Positions 43,325 to 52,441 of a DNA stretch of 64,000 bases are shown here, piece after piece. The stretch covers positions 1,056,001 through 1,120,000 of the forward strand of contig OY782781.1 in NCBI GenBank assembly GCA_963678315.1, given 5' to 3'. The number at the start of each line of letters is the position of its first letter. Position 1 is the stretch's first letter. The notes beneath the pieces are model-generated. The model saw only the letters and a list, made by a program, of their open reading frames with translations, was not told where the DNA came from and ran no database searches. Source of the stretch: Candidatus Cloacimonadales bacterium. Lineage in GTDB: Bacteria; Cloacimonadota; Cloacimonadia; Cloacimonadales; JAFGVF01. Position numbers and translations under genes: made by a program.

Positions 43325-45589
43325 TTATCCAATTACCATCATTACTTCATCTTTACCAACAGAGTCACCTGCTGATTTAGTTAATTGTAATACTTTACCA
43401 CTAACTGGTGCTGGAATATTATTCTCCATCTTCATAGCTTCAAGAACCATTACAGTATCACCTTTGTTAACTGTATCTCCAACAGCTACTTTATAAGACA
43501 TAACCATGCCTGGCATTGGAGCTTTTAAAGGAGTACCTTGAGTACTTGGTGCAGGAGCAGGACTAGCTACAGGAGCGCTTTGAGTTTTCTCTGCTACAGG
43601 CTTTGCTTCTGGAATAGGTGCAGCTTCTTGACTGATAACCATAAGCACTTCATCTTTAGCAACTGAATCTCCACCACTCTTAGGGAGGGATTTAACTATT
43701 CCATCACATGGAGCAGGAATGTTATTTTCCATCTTCATAGCTTCAAGTATAAGAACAGTATCACCTTTCTTAACATGATCACCAACAGCTACCTTGTATG
43801 ACATTACCATACCTGGCATAGGAGACTTAATTACTTGTTCTGATCCAGCAACAGGAGGTGCTGCAACAGGACTAGGAGCAGGACTTGTTTTTGGTGCTAC
43901 AGCTTTAGTTGGAACAGGTCTAGTCACTTGTGGACTTGCAGGAATAGCTGTCATTCCACCTTCAGCATTAACCTCAACCTTGAAATATTCATCATCAACA
44001 TAAACATTGAATGTTCTTAGGTCTGCTGGTTTTTCTGGAGCTACTGCTTTGTTAGTTAATTCACCTGCAAGAGCTTTTCTAACTAATTCTGCATCAGCTT
44101 CAACTTGATCCATTGTTCTAGGCTTAACATCAGCTGGAGCTTCTTTTAACCCATATTTCCATTCTAAGAAACGTTTACCAGTTACAGGGTATAAAGCAAC
44201 GATTAATTCATCATCAATATCTTTTGCTAAACCTTTCACTGATTCTTGAACTGCAGGAAGTTCTGCTTCAAGAATAGCACCAGGTCTAACTGTTATTGGT
44301 TCTTGACCTCTAGGGTATTTATCAAGCGCTTTAGCTCTAACATCAGGATTCATAGCCAGAGTTGTTTTTCCATATAAGCCGAAGCAAAGGTCTTTAACTT
44401 GTTCAGTAATACGGCTGTATTTTTCTCCATCATTATCAAATAAAACATTGTTTACTGTTTGAATACCGACAATCTGACTTGTAGGTGTAACTAAAGGAAC
44501 AGTTCCCAAGTCTTTTCTAATAGCAGGGAGTTCTTCAAATACTTTATCGAGTTTGTCGAGTGCACCCATTTGACGTAATTGATTAACTAAATTAGAAAGC
44601 ATTCCACCTGGTGTTTGGTGAATTATAACTTCAGGGTCTATCACCGAGAACTTAGTATCATTAGCAATATGTTTATATTTAGGAATAAACTTCTCAATCT
44701 CTTTACCAATTTCACTAAGAAGCTTAATGTCCATACCAGTATCTCTATTGGTTCCTAAAAGAGAAACTACTATAGGTTCAACTGCAGCATGAGAAGTTCT
44801 ATAAGCGAAAGGAGACATACATGTGTCTATTATATCAACACCTGCTTCAATAGCTTTAAATATAGCTAAATCACCCATTCCTGATGTGAAATGAGTATGT
44901 AAATGAATAGGTACGTCAACAGTCTCTTTCAGTGCTTTAATTAAGTTATAAGCATCATAAGGTGAAACCAAACCTGCCATATCCTTGATACAGATTGAGT
45001 CAACACCAAGTTTATCTAGTTCTTTAGCTTTATTAATATAATAATCAAGATTATAAACATCTCCACCCATTCTCATTTCTGTTAGTGAATAGCAGATTGT
45101 GCCTTGGAAGTGTTTACCATTCTTCTTGATAATTCTATGTGCAACTTCAAAGTTCCTAAAGTCATTCAATGCATCGAATACTCTAAATATATCAATACCA
45201 TTGTCACAAGCTCTTTGAACAAAAGCTTCCACAACATCATCTGCATAGTTACGATAACCTACGAGATTTTGTCCACGAAGAAGCATAGAGAATTTTGTCT
45301 TTTTTATATATTTCTTGAGAGTTCTAATTCTTTCCCAAGGATCTTCATTTAAGAAACGATGCATAACATCGAATGTAGCTCCGCCCCAAACTTCCATGGA
45401 ATAGAAGCCAGCTTGGTCCATCTTTTCTGCTACTTTAATTAAGTCTTCAGTTCTACCTCTGGTTGCAAAGATAGATTGGTGTCCATCTCTGAATGAAACA
45501 TCTTGAATCTTGATTGGATTAGATGCTTTAGGACGATTAACGTCATAATTCATCTTAGTCATTTCTACTGTGCCATGTTTATCAAACAT
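43325..45589 (-). CDS. Pyruvate/oxaloacetate carboxyltransferase (transcarboxylase 5S / OadA / PycB-like) fused to two biotinyl domains
   Basis: RDGHQS, WGGATFD, IKDMAG, HLHTH; two EAMKMEN motifs separated by a Pro/Ala linker. Confidence 0.9.
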   Translation of the reverse strand: MFDKHGTVEMTKMNYDVNRPKASNPIKIQDVSFRDGHQSIFATRGRTEDLIKVAEKMDQAGFYSMEVWGGATFDVMHRFLNEDPWERIRTLKKYIKKTKFSMLLRGQNLVGYRNYADDVVEAFVQRACDNGIDIFRVFDALNDFRNFEVAHRIIKKNGKHFQGTICYSLTEMRMGGDVYNLDYYINKAKELDKLGVDSICIKDMAGLVSPYDAYNLIKALKETVDVPIHLHTHFTSGMGDLAIFKAIEAGVDIIDTCMSPFAYRTSHAAVEPIVVSLLGTNRDTGMDIKLLSEIGKEIEKFIPKYKHIANDTKFSVIDPEVIIHQTPGGMLSNLVNQLRQMGALDKLDKVFEELPAIRKDLGTVPLVTPTSQIVGIQTVNNVLFDNDGEKYSRITEQVKDLCFGLYGKTTLAMNPDVRAKALDKYPRGQEPITVRPGAILEAELPAVQESVKGLAKDIDDELIVALYPVTGKRFLEWKYGLKEAPADVKPRTMDQVEADAELVRKALAGELTNKAVAPEKPADLRTFNVYVDDEYFKVEVNAEGGMTAIPASPQVTRPVPTKAVAPKTSPAPSPVAAPPVAGSEQVIKSPMPGMVMSYKVAVGDHVKKGDTVLILEAMKMENNIPAPCDGIVKSLPKSGGDSVAKDEVLMVISQEAAPIPEAKPVAEKTQSAPVASPAPAPSTQGTPLKAPMPGMVMSYKVAVGDTVNKGDTVMVLEAMKMENNIPAPVSGKVLQLTKSAGDSVGKDEVMMVIG

Positions 45590-45610
45590 TATTACCTCCA
45601 TTAAAAGGTT

Positions 45611-45808
45611 TTATCTTCTTATTAATCTTCTTTGCATTAATTGCCCATTACTCATAGTATGTTGTCTACCATAAGAAGCCCAAACAGAAAAGTTATTTCT
45701 TGTTGCTTGCATAGGCTGGTTATTAGAAACTATTTGCTTCTCTTCTTCTAAATATTGGATAACACCGCTTAAAGCTGCTACCATTTTTTTCTTTTTATCT
45801 ACTGTCAT
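45611..45808 (-). CDS. Small acyl-CoA carboxylase epsilon-like accessory protein
   Basis: AALSGV helix plus WASYGR motif; lies between the two carboxyltransferase genes with an RBS. Confidence 0.6.
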   Translation of the reverse strand: MTVDKKKKMVAALSGVIQYLEEEKQIVSNNQPMQATRNNFSVWASYGRQHTMSNGQLMQRRLIRR

Positions 45809-45820
45809 ATCAACTCCCCA

Positions 45821-47374
45821 CTAAACTGGAAGGTTTCCATGTTTTTTAGGAGGTAAAGATTCACTCTTAGTAGAAAGTACTTCAAGAGCATCAATAAGTC
45901 TCATACGAGTCTCTCTAGGGTCGATAATGGCATCGATATAACCGCGAGAAGCTGCAACATAAGGATTATTAAATAGCTCTTCATATTCATGGATACATTC
46001 AGCACGTTTTGCTTCAGGATCTTCAGCATTATTAATATCTCTACGGTAGATGATATTAGCTGCACCTTTTGCTCCCATAACTGCGATTTCAGCTGTAGGC
46101 CATGCAAATACCATATCAGCACCAAGATGTCTAGAACTCATTGCGATGTAAGAACCACCGTAGTTTTTACGAGTTACAAGAGTTAATTTTGGAACTGTAG
46201 CTTCAGAATAAACCCATAAAAGCTTTGCACCGTGTCTAATAATACCACTATGTTCTTGATGTACACCAGGTAAATAACCAGGAACATCAACGATTGAAAG
46301 AATTGGAATATTGAAAGCATCACAGAATCTAATAAATCTAGAAGCTTTGTCAGAAGCATCAATATCAAGACATCCAGCTAGAACCATTGGTTGGTTAGCG
46401 ATAATACCTACTGAGCGACCGTTTAATCTAATGAATCCAATCACGATATTTTTAGCATAATATTCATGAGGCTCATAGAAGTGTCCATCATCAGCAATAC
46501 TTTGAATAATATCTTTAACGTCATAAGGTAATGTTGGAGAATCAGGTATGATAGAAGTTAATTCATCACACATTCTATTAGGAAGATCATTAGTTGCTAC
46601 TAATGGAGCTTCTTCCATATTATTATTTGGTAAGAAACTTAATAATTCTTTGATGCTATTAATTGCATCTTCATCAGTCTCACAAGCAAAGTGAGCAACA
46701 CCAGATGATTCATTATGTGCAATTGCGCCACCTAAACTTTCTTTATCAGTAACTTCACCTGTTACAGCTTTGATTACATCTGGACCTGTAATAAACATGA
46801 AAGAAGAATTCTTAACCATGTAGATGAAGTCTGTCATTGCTGGAGAATAAACTGCACCACCTGCACATGGACCCATAATACATGAGATTTGTGGTATTAC
46901 ACCAGAAGCTCTTGAGTTCCTAAAGAATATATCACCGTAGCCTTTTAAAGCATCGATACCTTCTTGAATTCTAGCACCACCTGAATCATTCATTCCAACA
47001 ACAGGAACTCCTGATTTCATTGCCATATCCATAACTTTAGTTATTTTTGCAGCGTGCATTTCTCCTAAAGAACCTGCTCTAGCTGTAAAATCTTGTGAAT
47101 ATGCAAAGACAGGTCTTCCATTAACAAGACCATGACCTGTGATTACACCATCTGAAGGAATATCTACTTTTTGCATTCCAAAATTAGTGCATCTGTGAGC
47201 AACAAATTTATCTACTTCTCTAAATGTACCAGCATCGAATAGAAGATTGATTCTTTCACGAGCTGAAAGTTTGCCTGAAGCATGTTGTTTAGCAACTTTA
47301 TCTGCTCCTCCCATCTCTTCTACTTTCGCTTCACGAGCCTTTAACTCCTGAATCTTTTGTAAGGTAGTTGACAT
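45821..47374 (-). CDS. Methylmalonyl-/propionyl-CoA carboxyltransferase (12S / PccB-like)
   Basis: GKLSARERI, DSGGARIQEG, GPCAGGAVYSPA, DVPGYLPG, KKHGNLP. Confidence 0.93.
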   Translation of the reverse strand: MSTTLQKIQELKAREAKVEEMGGADKVAKQHASGKLSARERINLLFDAGTFREVDKFVAHRCTNFGMQKVDIPSDGVITGHGLVNGRPVFAYSQDFTARAGSLGEMHAAKITKVMDMAMKSGVPVVGMNDSGGARIQEGIDALKGYGDIFFRNSRASGVIPQISCIMGPCAGGAVYSPAMTDFIYMVKNSSFMFITGPDVIKAVTGEVTDKESLGGAIAHNESSGVAHFACETDEDAINSIKELLSFLPNNNMEEAPLVATNDLPNRMCDELTSIIPDSPTLPYDVKDIIQSIADDGHFYEPHEYYAKNIVIGFIRLNGRSVGIIANQPMVLAGCLDIDASDKASRFIRFCDAFNIPILSIVDVPGYLPGVHQEHSGIIRHGAKLLWVYSEATVPKLTLVTRKNYGGSYIAMSSRHLGADMVFAWPTAEIAVMGAKGAANIIYRRDINNAEDPEAKRAECIHEYEELFNNPYVAASRGYIDAIIDPRETRMRLIDALEVLSTKSESLPPKKHGNLPV

Positions 47375-47525
47375 AGCATCTCCTCTAATATATATTTTTT
47401 ACTTGAATTTTATTCATTATGTAATTTTTATATAGCTGATTATATTAGGCAAGTTTTTTTTTAACAAGCATTTTATGGAAACAGGGAAGGTAAAGAATAG
47501 AAGCCCTAGGAATAGTTAAACCTAG

Positions 47526-49040
47526 CCATGATTGAAATCATGGGCTTGGGCTACTACACCCCGATGAGGTAAAATGTATAATTGGATAATAGATTAATGG
47601 GATGATTTTATCCTTTTTCTATCCCGAAGGGATTAATTGTCCAAAGCCTAGCTTTTCAAAGCTAGGTTAAATGAATCCCCTCACCAGCATAGTCCTGAAA
47701 GGACTTCAAATGCCTTCTTTTAATCATTATGAAGAGATTAAGTCCCTTCAGGACTACAAATCTATCGGTGTTCTTTTACCCATGATTAAAATCATGGGCT
47801 TGGGCTCTACACCCCGATGAGGTAAAATGTATAATTGGATAATAGATTAATGGGATGATTTTATCCTTTGTTATCCCGAAGGGATTAATTGTCCAAAGCC
47901 TAGCTTTTCAAAGCTAGGTTAAATGAATCTCCTCACCAGCATAGTCCTGAAAGGACTTCAAATGCCTTCTTTTAATCATTATGAAGAGATTAAGTCCCTT
48001 CAGGACTACAAATCTATCGGTGTTCGTTTACCCATGATTAAAATCATGGGCTTGGGCTCTACACCCCGATGAGGTAAAATGTATAATTGGATAATAGATT
48101 AATGGGATGATTTTATCCTTTGTTATCCCGAAGGGATTAATTGTCCAAAGCCTAGCTTTTCAAAGCTAGGTTAAATGAATGCCCTCACCAGCATAGCCTG
48201 AAAGGACTTTTATGACATTTTAATCCCATATATATTTTGGATTATAAGGTATTTTATATTGATTCAAAAATTTAGTAAGTTCATTTTTAAAATCTGTTCT
48301 TTTATGATGTTCTTTCTGATTGCTAATATACTCAACAACTAAACTTACATCCTGTGGCTTGATTGAAAATGCTCCATAACCACTTTGCCAATTAAAATGA
48401 TAGTTCAATGTAAAAGTAACATTGACCCATTTTGATGTTGAGCCTTTCAAACGCTTCATGAAATCTGATAATGAATAATTTTTAGATAGTTCACATAAAA
48501 TATGAATATGGTCTGTGAAACCACCAATTTTGATTAGTTTTGAATCTAAAGATTTAATAATTCTACCTATATATTTATAGAGCTGTTCTTCAATCTCTGG
48601 TGTAATTGTATTTAATCGGTTCTTAGTACTAAACACAATATGTCGATAGTTTTTTACTAGTGATTGCCCCATAACCACTCCTTATATCTTTTAATGAACT
48701 CATGTAATATAATATATAATCGTAACTATTGTCAAATCATAAATAATTTTATTTTAGGAAAAAGTCCCTTCAGGACTACAAATCTATCGGTGTTCTTTTA
48801 CCCATGATTAAAATCATGGGCTTTGGATATTGTACCCCTTTGGGGTAAGATGAACATTTGATTACACACAAATAAATTCAATCTTTATTATCCTCGTTGG
48901 GGTTAAAATGAACAATTGGGTAATGTATAAACAGATTGATTGATTTACCTTTTTCTATCCCGAAGGGATTAATTGTCCAAAGCCTAGCTTTTCAAAGCTA
49001 GGTTAAATGAATCCCCTCACCAGCATAGTCCTGAAAGGAC
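47526..49040. repeat. Array of about 253-bp units built from two mutually inverted three-hairpin modules (A and B), enclosing tnpA1
   Basis: CCATGATT recurs at 47526, 47780 and 48032 (periods 254 and 252), and again upstream of tnpA; module B ATCCCGAAGGGAT...GCCTAGCTTTTCAAAGCTAGG...CCTGAAAGGAC occurs four times. Confidence 0.92.
48220..48672 (-). CDS. tnpA: IS200/IS605-family Y1 HUH transposase (tnpA1)
   Basis: HIVFSTKNR, DHIH (HUH), WQSGYGAF, YISNQKEHH; AGGAG RBS; TTGACA at 48735-48730. Confidence 0.92.
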   Translation of the reverse strand: MGQSLVKNYRHIVFSTKNRLNTITPEIEEQLYKYIGRIIKSLDSKLIKIGGFTDHIHILCELSKNYSLSDFMKRLKGSTSKWVNVTFTLNYHFNWQSGYGAFSIKPQDVSLVVEYISNQKEHHKRTDFKNELTKFLNQYKIPYNPKYIWD

Positions 49041-49055
49041 TTCAAGTGCCAAAGT

Positions 49056-50402
49056 CTAGCTCTTCTTCAACTCCTTAATCAACGTCTCAATATCAACTCG
49101 CATATCATTGTCTGCGTTAAATTTGGCATCAATCATTTTCTTAGCATGAAGAACTGTTGTATGGTCTTTTCTATTAAAGAAGCTTGCAATTTCTTTTAAG
49201 GATAATTGTGGTATCAACAGACTGATAAGGTACATAGCAACTTGTCTAGGGAAGGCAATATTTTTCTTACGAGTTTTATCCATTATTTGTGAACGAGTAA
49301 TGTTGTAAAAAGAACAGACTTTATCAACGATAGAATCTTCTGTTATATCTTTAGGTCTATCAGAAATCATATCAGCAAGAATCTCTAAAACTAGTTCCTT
49401 ATCAACATCATTAGGATTCATCTTATTGTAGGAGGCATAAGCTAGGATTCTGATTAGAGAGCCTTCTAGAGCACGCACAGAACTAGAAATATTATCAGCA
49501 ATAAATTCAATGATTTGGTCATCTATATATATATTTTGATTTTCAGCCTTTTTCTTCAAAATAGCAATTCTAGTTTCAAAATCAGGATTCTTAAGGTCTG
49601 CGACTAATCCTGATTCAAAGCGAGTAACCAGTCTATTTTCTAAGTCAGGAATATCTTTAGGAGGTCTATCACTTGTTAGAATAATCTGCTTTCCTGCTGA
49701 AGATAGAGCATTAAAAGTATGGAAAAACTCTTCTTGAGTTCCCTCTTTCTTAGAAAGGAAGTGAATATCATCAACAAGGAGAACATCAACATGTCTAAAC
49801 TTCTGCCTAAATTGAATCATTCTATTCTTCTTGATTGATTCAATCATTTCATTGGTGAACTCTTCTGAACTGATGTAATAAACGATTTTGCTGTTATCAC
49901 AGTCTAGAATATACTGACCTGCTGCTTGCATGAGGTGAGTTTTTCCCATTCCAGATTCCCCGTAAATAAATAGAGGGTTGTAAGTCATACCTGGAGCTTC
50001 TGCTACTCCCATTGCTGCTGAGTAGGCAAAATTACTGTTCTTACCAACAACAAACTGATCAAATGTATAAAATTGATTTAACTTAGGTAATTGAGTCTTT
50101 TTAATAAGATTTTTTTGAATAGGTGTAAATGATTTTTGGCTTGAATCTGTAGTTGAATTAGAGAATATAACTTCGAATTTTTGACCATATATGTTAAAAG
50201 CCAGCTCCGTGATTATCTGCATATAATTACTTTTTATAAAATCTGCAGCTACTTTAGTTGGAACTAATATGTGCAAGCGATTACCTTCTATTTTTGCAAG
50301 GTGTGTTTCGCTAAACCAAGTCTTAAAACTCTGTTCTTGTATATGATCTTCTAACTCATCTAATATGTTTTGCCAAATATCTTGATCCATTCTTACCTTC
50401 AT
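49056..50402 (-). CDS. dnaA: Chromosomal replication initiator DnaA
   Basis: YNPLFIYGESGMGKTHL, LLVDDI, QEEFFHTFN, RQVAMYL, RKDHTTVLHA. Confidence 0.98.
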   Translation of the reverse strand: MKVRMDQDIWQNILDELEDHIQEQSFKTWFSETHLAKIEGNRLHILVPTKVAADFIKSNYMQIITELAFNIYGQKFEVIFSNSTTDSSQKSFTPIQKNLIKKTQLPKLNQFYTFDQFVVGKNSNFAYSAAMGVAEAPGMTYNPLFIYGESGMGKTHLMQAAGQYILDCDNSKIVYYISSEEFTNEMIESIKKNRMIQFRQKFRHVDVLLVDDIHFLSKKEGTQEEFFHTFNALSSAGKQIILTSDRPPKDIPDLENRLVTRFESGLVADLKNPDFETRIAILKKKAENQNIYIDDQIIEFIADNISSSVRALEGSLIRILAYASYNKMNPNDVDKELVLEILADMISDRPKDITEDSIVDKVCSFYNITRSQIMDKTRKKNIAFPRQVAMYLISLLIPQLSLKEIASFFNRKDHTTVLHAKKMIDAKFNADNDMRVDIETLIKELKKS

Positions 50403-50419
50403 TATTCAAATTTATGTTT

Positions 50420-50745
50420 ATTTAAGCGTGCTTGCATTAGATTTTATTTGTATGAATATGAAAAATTCCCCTTTCCATATCGTCATATAGTATATTAGTA
50501 CTTATCCACAATTTTGCTTTGTTGCTAAATAATAATAACTTACACATTTTTACTAATGCAATAGGATAAATTTATATAGGTCTCACAACTTGTCAAGCGC
50601 TGAAAATCAAGTTAAAGAAGTAGTGAAAAAGACCTCTTACTCAAATTCTAGTAACTTATCCACATTCTTACACAATACAAAAAACACAATCTAGAGCTAT
50701 AACTAACTGTTAAATATGTACTTGCTATTTGGCAAAAAAATATTG
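50420..50745. promoter_or_regulatory. Putative oriC / dnaA autoregulatory region
   Basis: Perfect DnaA boxes TTATCCACA at 50502-50510 and 50656-50664, plus weaker TTACACA-like sites, in AT-rich DNA upstream of dnaA. Confidence 0.6.
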
Positions 50746-50785
50746 GTACTCAAGCTTCTAGCTTGATAAATAATGTTCAAAAGTA

Positions 50786-51108
50786 AAACCCCGAAGGGGT
50801 GGCATATATTAAGCCTGGATCTTGTACCCCATGTAACATGATATAAATGATTTGAGTCCCGAAGGGACGGCATAATGTTTAATCCAGAATGATTATTATG
50901 TATTAGTCCCGAAGGGGCGACATAAATTAAGCCAGGGCTGTGTCCTGCTTTGACTGAGTCTGGTACCCCATGTATGTTCGCAAAGCCTGAATCTTAAAAA
51001 CCCCAAAGGGGTGGCATATACTAAGCATGGGGTCTTGTACCCCATGTGGGGGATTGCACCCCATGTATTAGAGTTAGAGAAGTACCTAGCCCTGAAAGGG
51101 CGACATAA
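50786..51108 (+). repeat. Upstream three-hairpin modules of tnpA2 (CCCGAAGGG / CATGGGGT-ACCCCATG / GCCCTGAAAGGGC)
   Basis: About three tandem modules; mirrored in inverted orientation downstream of tnpA2. Confidence 0.88.
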
Positions 51109-51161
51109 AACTTGACAATATAACTATTTGAATTTTTTATATAAACTACTAGGAGGTAAAA

Positions 51162-51614
51162 ATGGGGCAATCGTTAGTAGTATCTTATTTCCACTTTGTA
51201 TTTAGTACAAAAAATAGGCACAACTCTATTAATGCAGATTTAGAACTTGAGCTTTATCCATACATAATCTCAATTACAAAAGAGCTAAAGTCGGATGTAA
51301 TAGCAATCGGTGGTTATTCTAACCATATACATATACTATGTCAATTATCAAAAAATATTTCAGTTTCCGAATATATCAGAAAGATTAAATCAAACACATC
51401 AAACTGGATTAACAAGAAAGATTTCCTACGATATCGTTTTAAATGGCAGACGGGTTATGGTGCTTTTACTGTACGTCCTTATGATCTAGATGTGATAATT
51501 AAATATATACATAATCAAAAAAAACATCATAAGAATATAAGTTTTGAAGATGAATTGATGAGCTTTGTTAAAAGCTACAAAATAGACTATGATGAACGTT
51601 ATATTTGGGAATAA
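51162..51614 (+). CDS. tnpA: IS200/IS605-family Y1 HUH transposase (tnpA2)
   Basis: HFVFSTKNR, NHIH, WQTGYGAF, YIHNQKKHH; AGGAGG RBS; TTGACA at 51112. Confidence 0.92.
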   Translation: MGQSLVVSYFHFVFSTKNRHNSINADLELELYPYIISITKELKSDVIAIGGYSNHIHILCQLSKNISVSEYIRKIKSNTSNWINKKDFLRYRFKWQTGYGAFTVRPYDLDVIIKYIHNQKKHHKNISFEDELMSFVKSYKIDYDERYIWE

Positions 51615-51621
51615 TGTTAAC

Positions 51622-52384
51622 TTATGTCGCCCTTTCAGGGCTTGAATTTTGTATGCTAACATACATGGGGTACAAGACCCCATGCTTAGTATATGTCACC
51701 CCTTCGGGGTTGTTAAAATCCAGATTTTGCTAACATACATGGGGTACAAGACTCAGTCAAAGCCTGACACGGCCCTGGCTTAGTATATGCCACCCCTTCG
51801 GGACTAAATAGCAAATAAGTCAACTATCCACGAATGGCCCTAATAAACACGAATAAAAGAATACAAAAAACATATTTAACACAAAGACACAAAAAAACAC
51901 TAAGCTACACAAATCCAGACCATAAACAATTAAACATCTAAACTCGTAAACATCTTATCTGTTAAATCAGTGTTTTCAGTGTTCTATTGTCTTTCTCTTT
52001 TCATTATTAATTTATCATTTTTAATTTATTTTATGCCACCCCTTCGGGACTCAATTCATTTATGTCATGTTACATGGGGTACAAGACTCAGTCAAAGCCT
52101 GACACAGCCCTGGCTTAGTATATGCCACCCCTTCGGGACTAAATAGCAAATAAGTCAACTATCCACGAATGGCCCTAATAAACACGAATAAAAGAATACA
52201 AAAAACATATTTAACACAAAGACACAAAAAAACACTAAGCTACACAAATCCAGACCATAAACAATTAAACATCTAAACTCGTAAACATCTTATCTGTTAA
52301 ATCAGTGTTTTCAGTGTTCTATTGTCTTTCTCTTTTCATTATTAATTTATCATTTTTAATTTATTTTATGTCACCCCTTCGGGG
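51622..52384 (-). repeat. Downstream inverted modules of tnpA2, including a 335-bp-period tandem duplication
   Basis: TTATGTCGCCCTTTCAGGGC (51622-51641) is the exact inverse of 51089-51108; the block starting ACATGGGGTACAAGACTC recurs at 51737 and 52072. Confidence 0.9.
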
Positions 52385-52441
52385 TTTTAATGGATAGAGT
52401 TTGATTCTAACACTTTAGCTATACTAGCCAGCTAACCTACA

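Noticed and set aside
47526..48210. About 253-bp repeats as a CRISPR or toxin-antitoxin RNA array
   Set aside because: The sequences between hairpins are near-identical between units, and the modules bracket tnpA.
48220..51614. TnpB/IscB RNA-guided nuclease linked to the tnpA genes
   Set aside because: No RuvC-type ORF lies next to either tnpA.
51823..51832. CTATCCACG as an extra DnaA box (also near 52159)
   Set aside because: Two mismatches to TTATCCACA and part of a CAC-triplet repeat unit.
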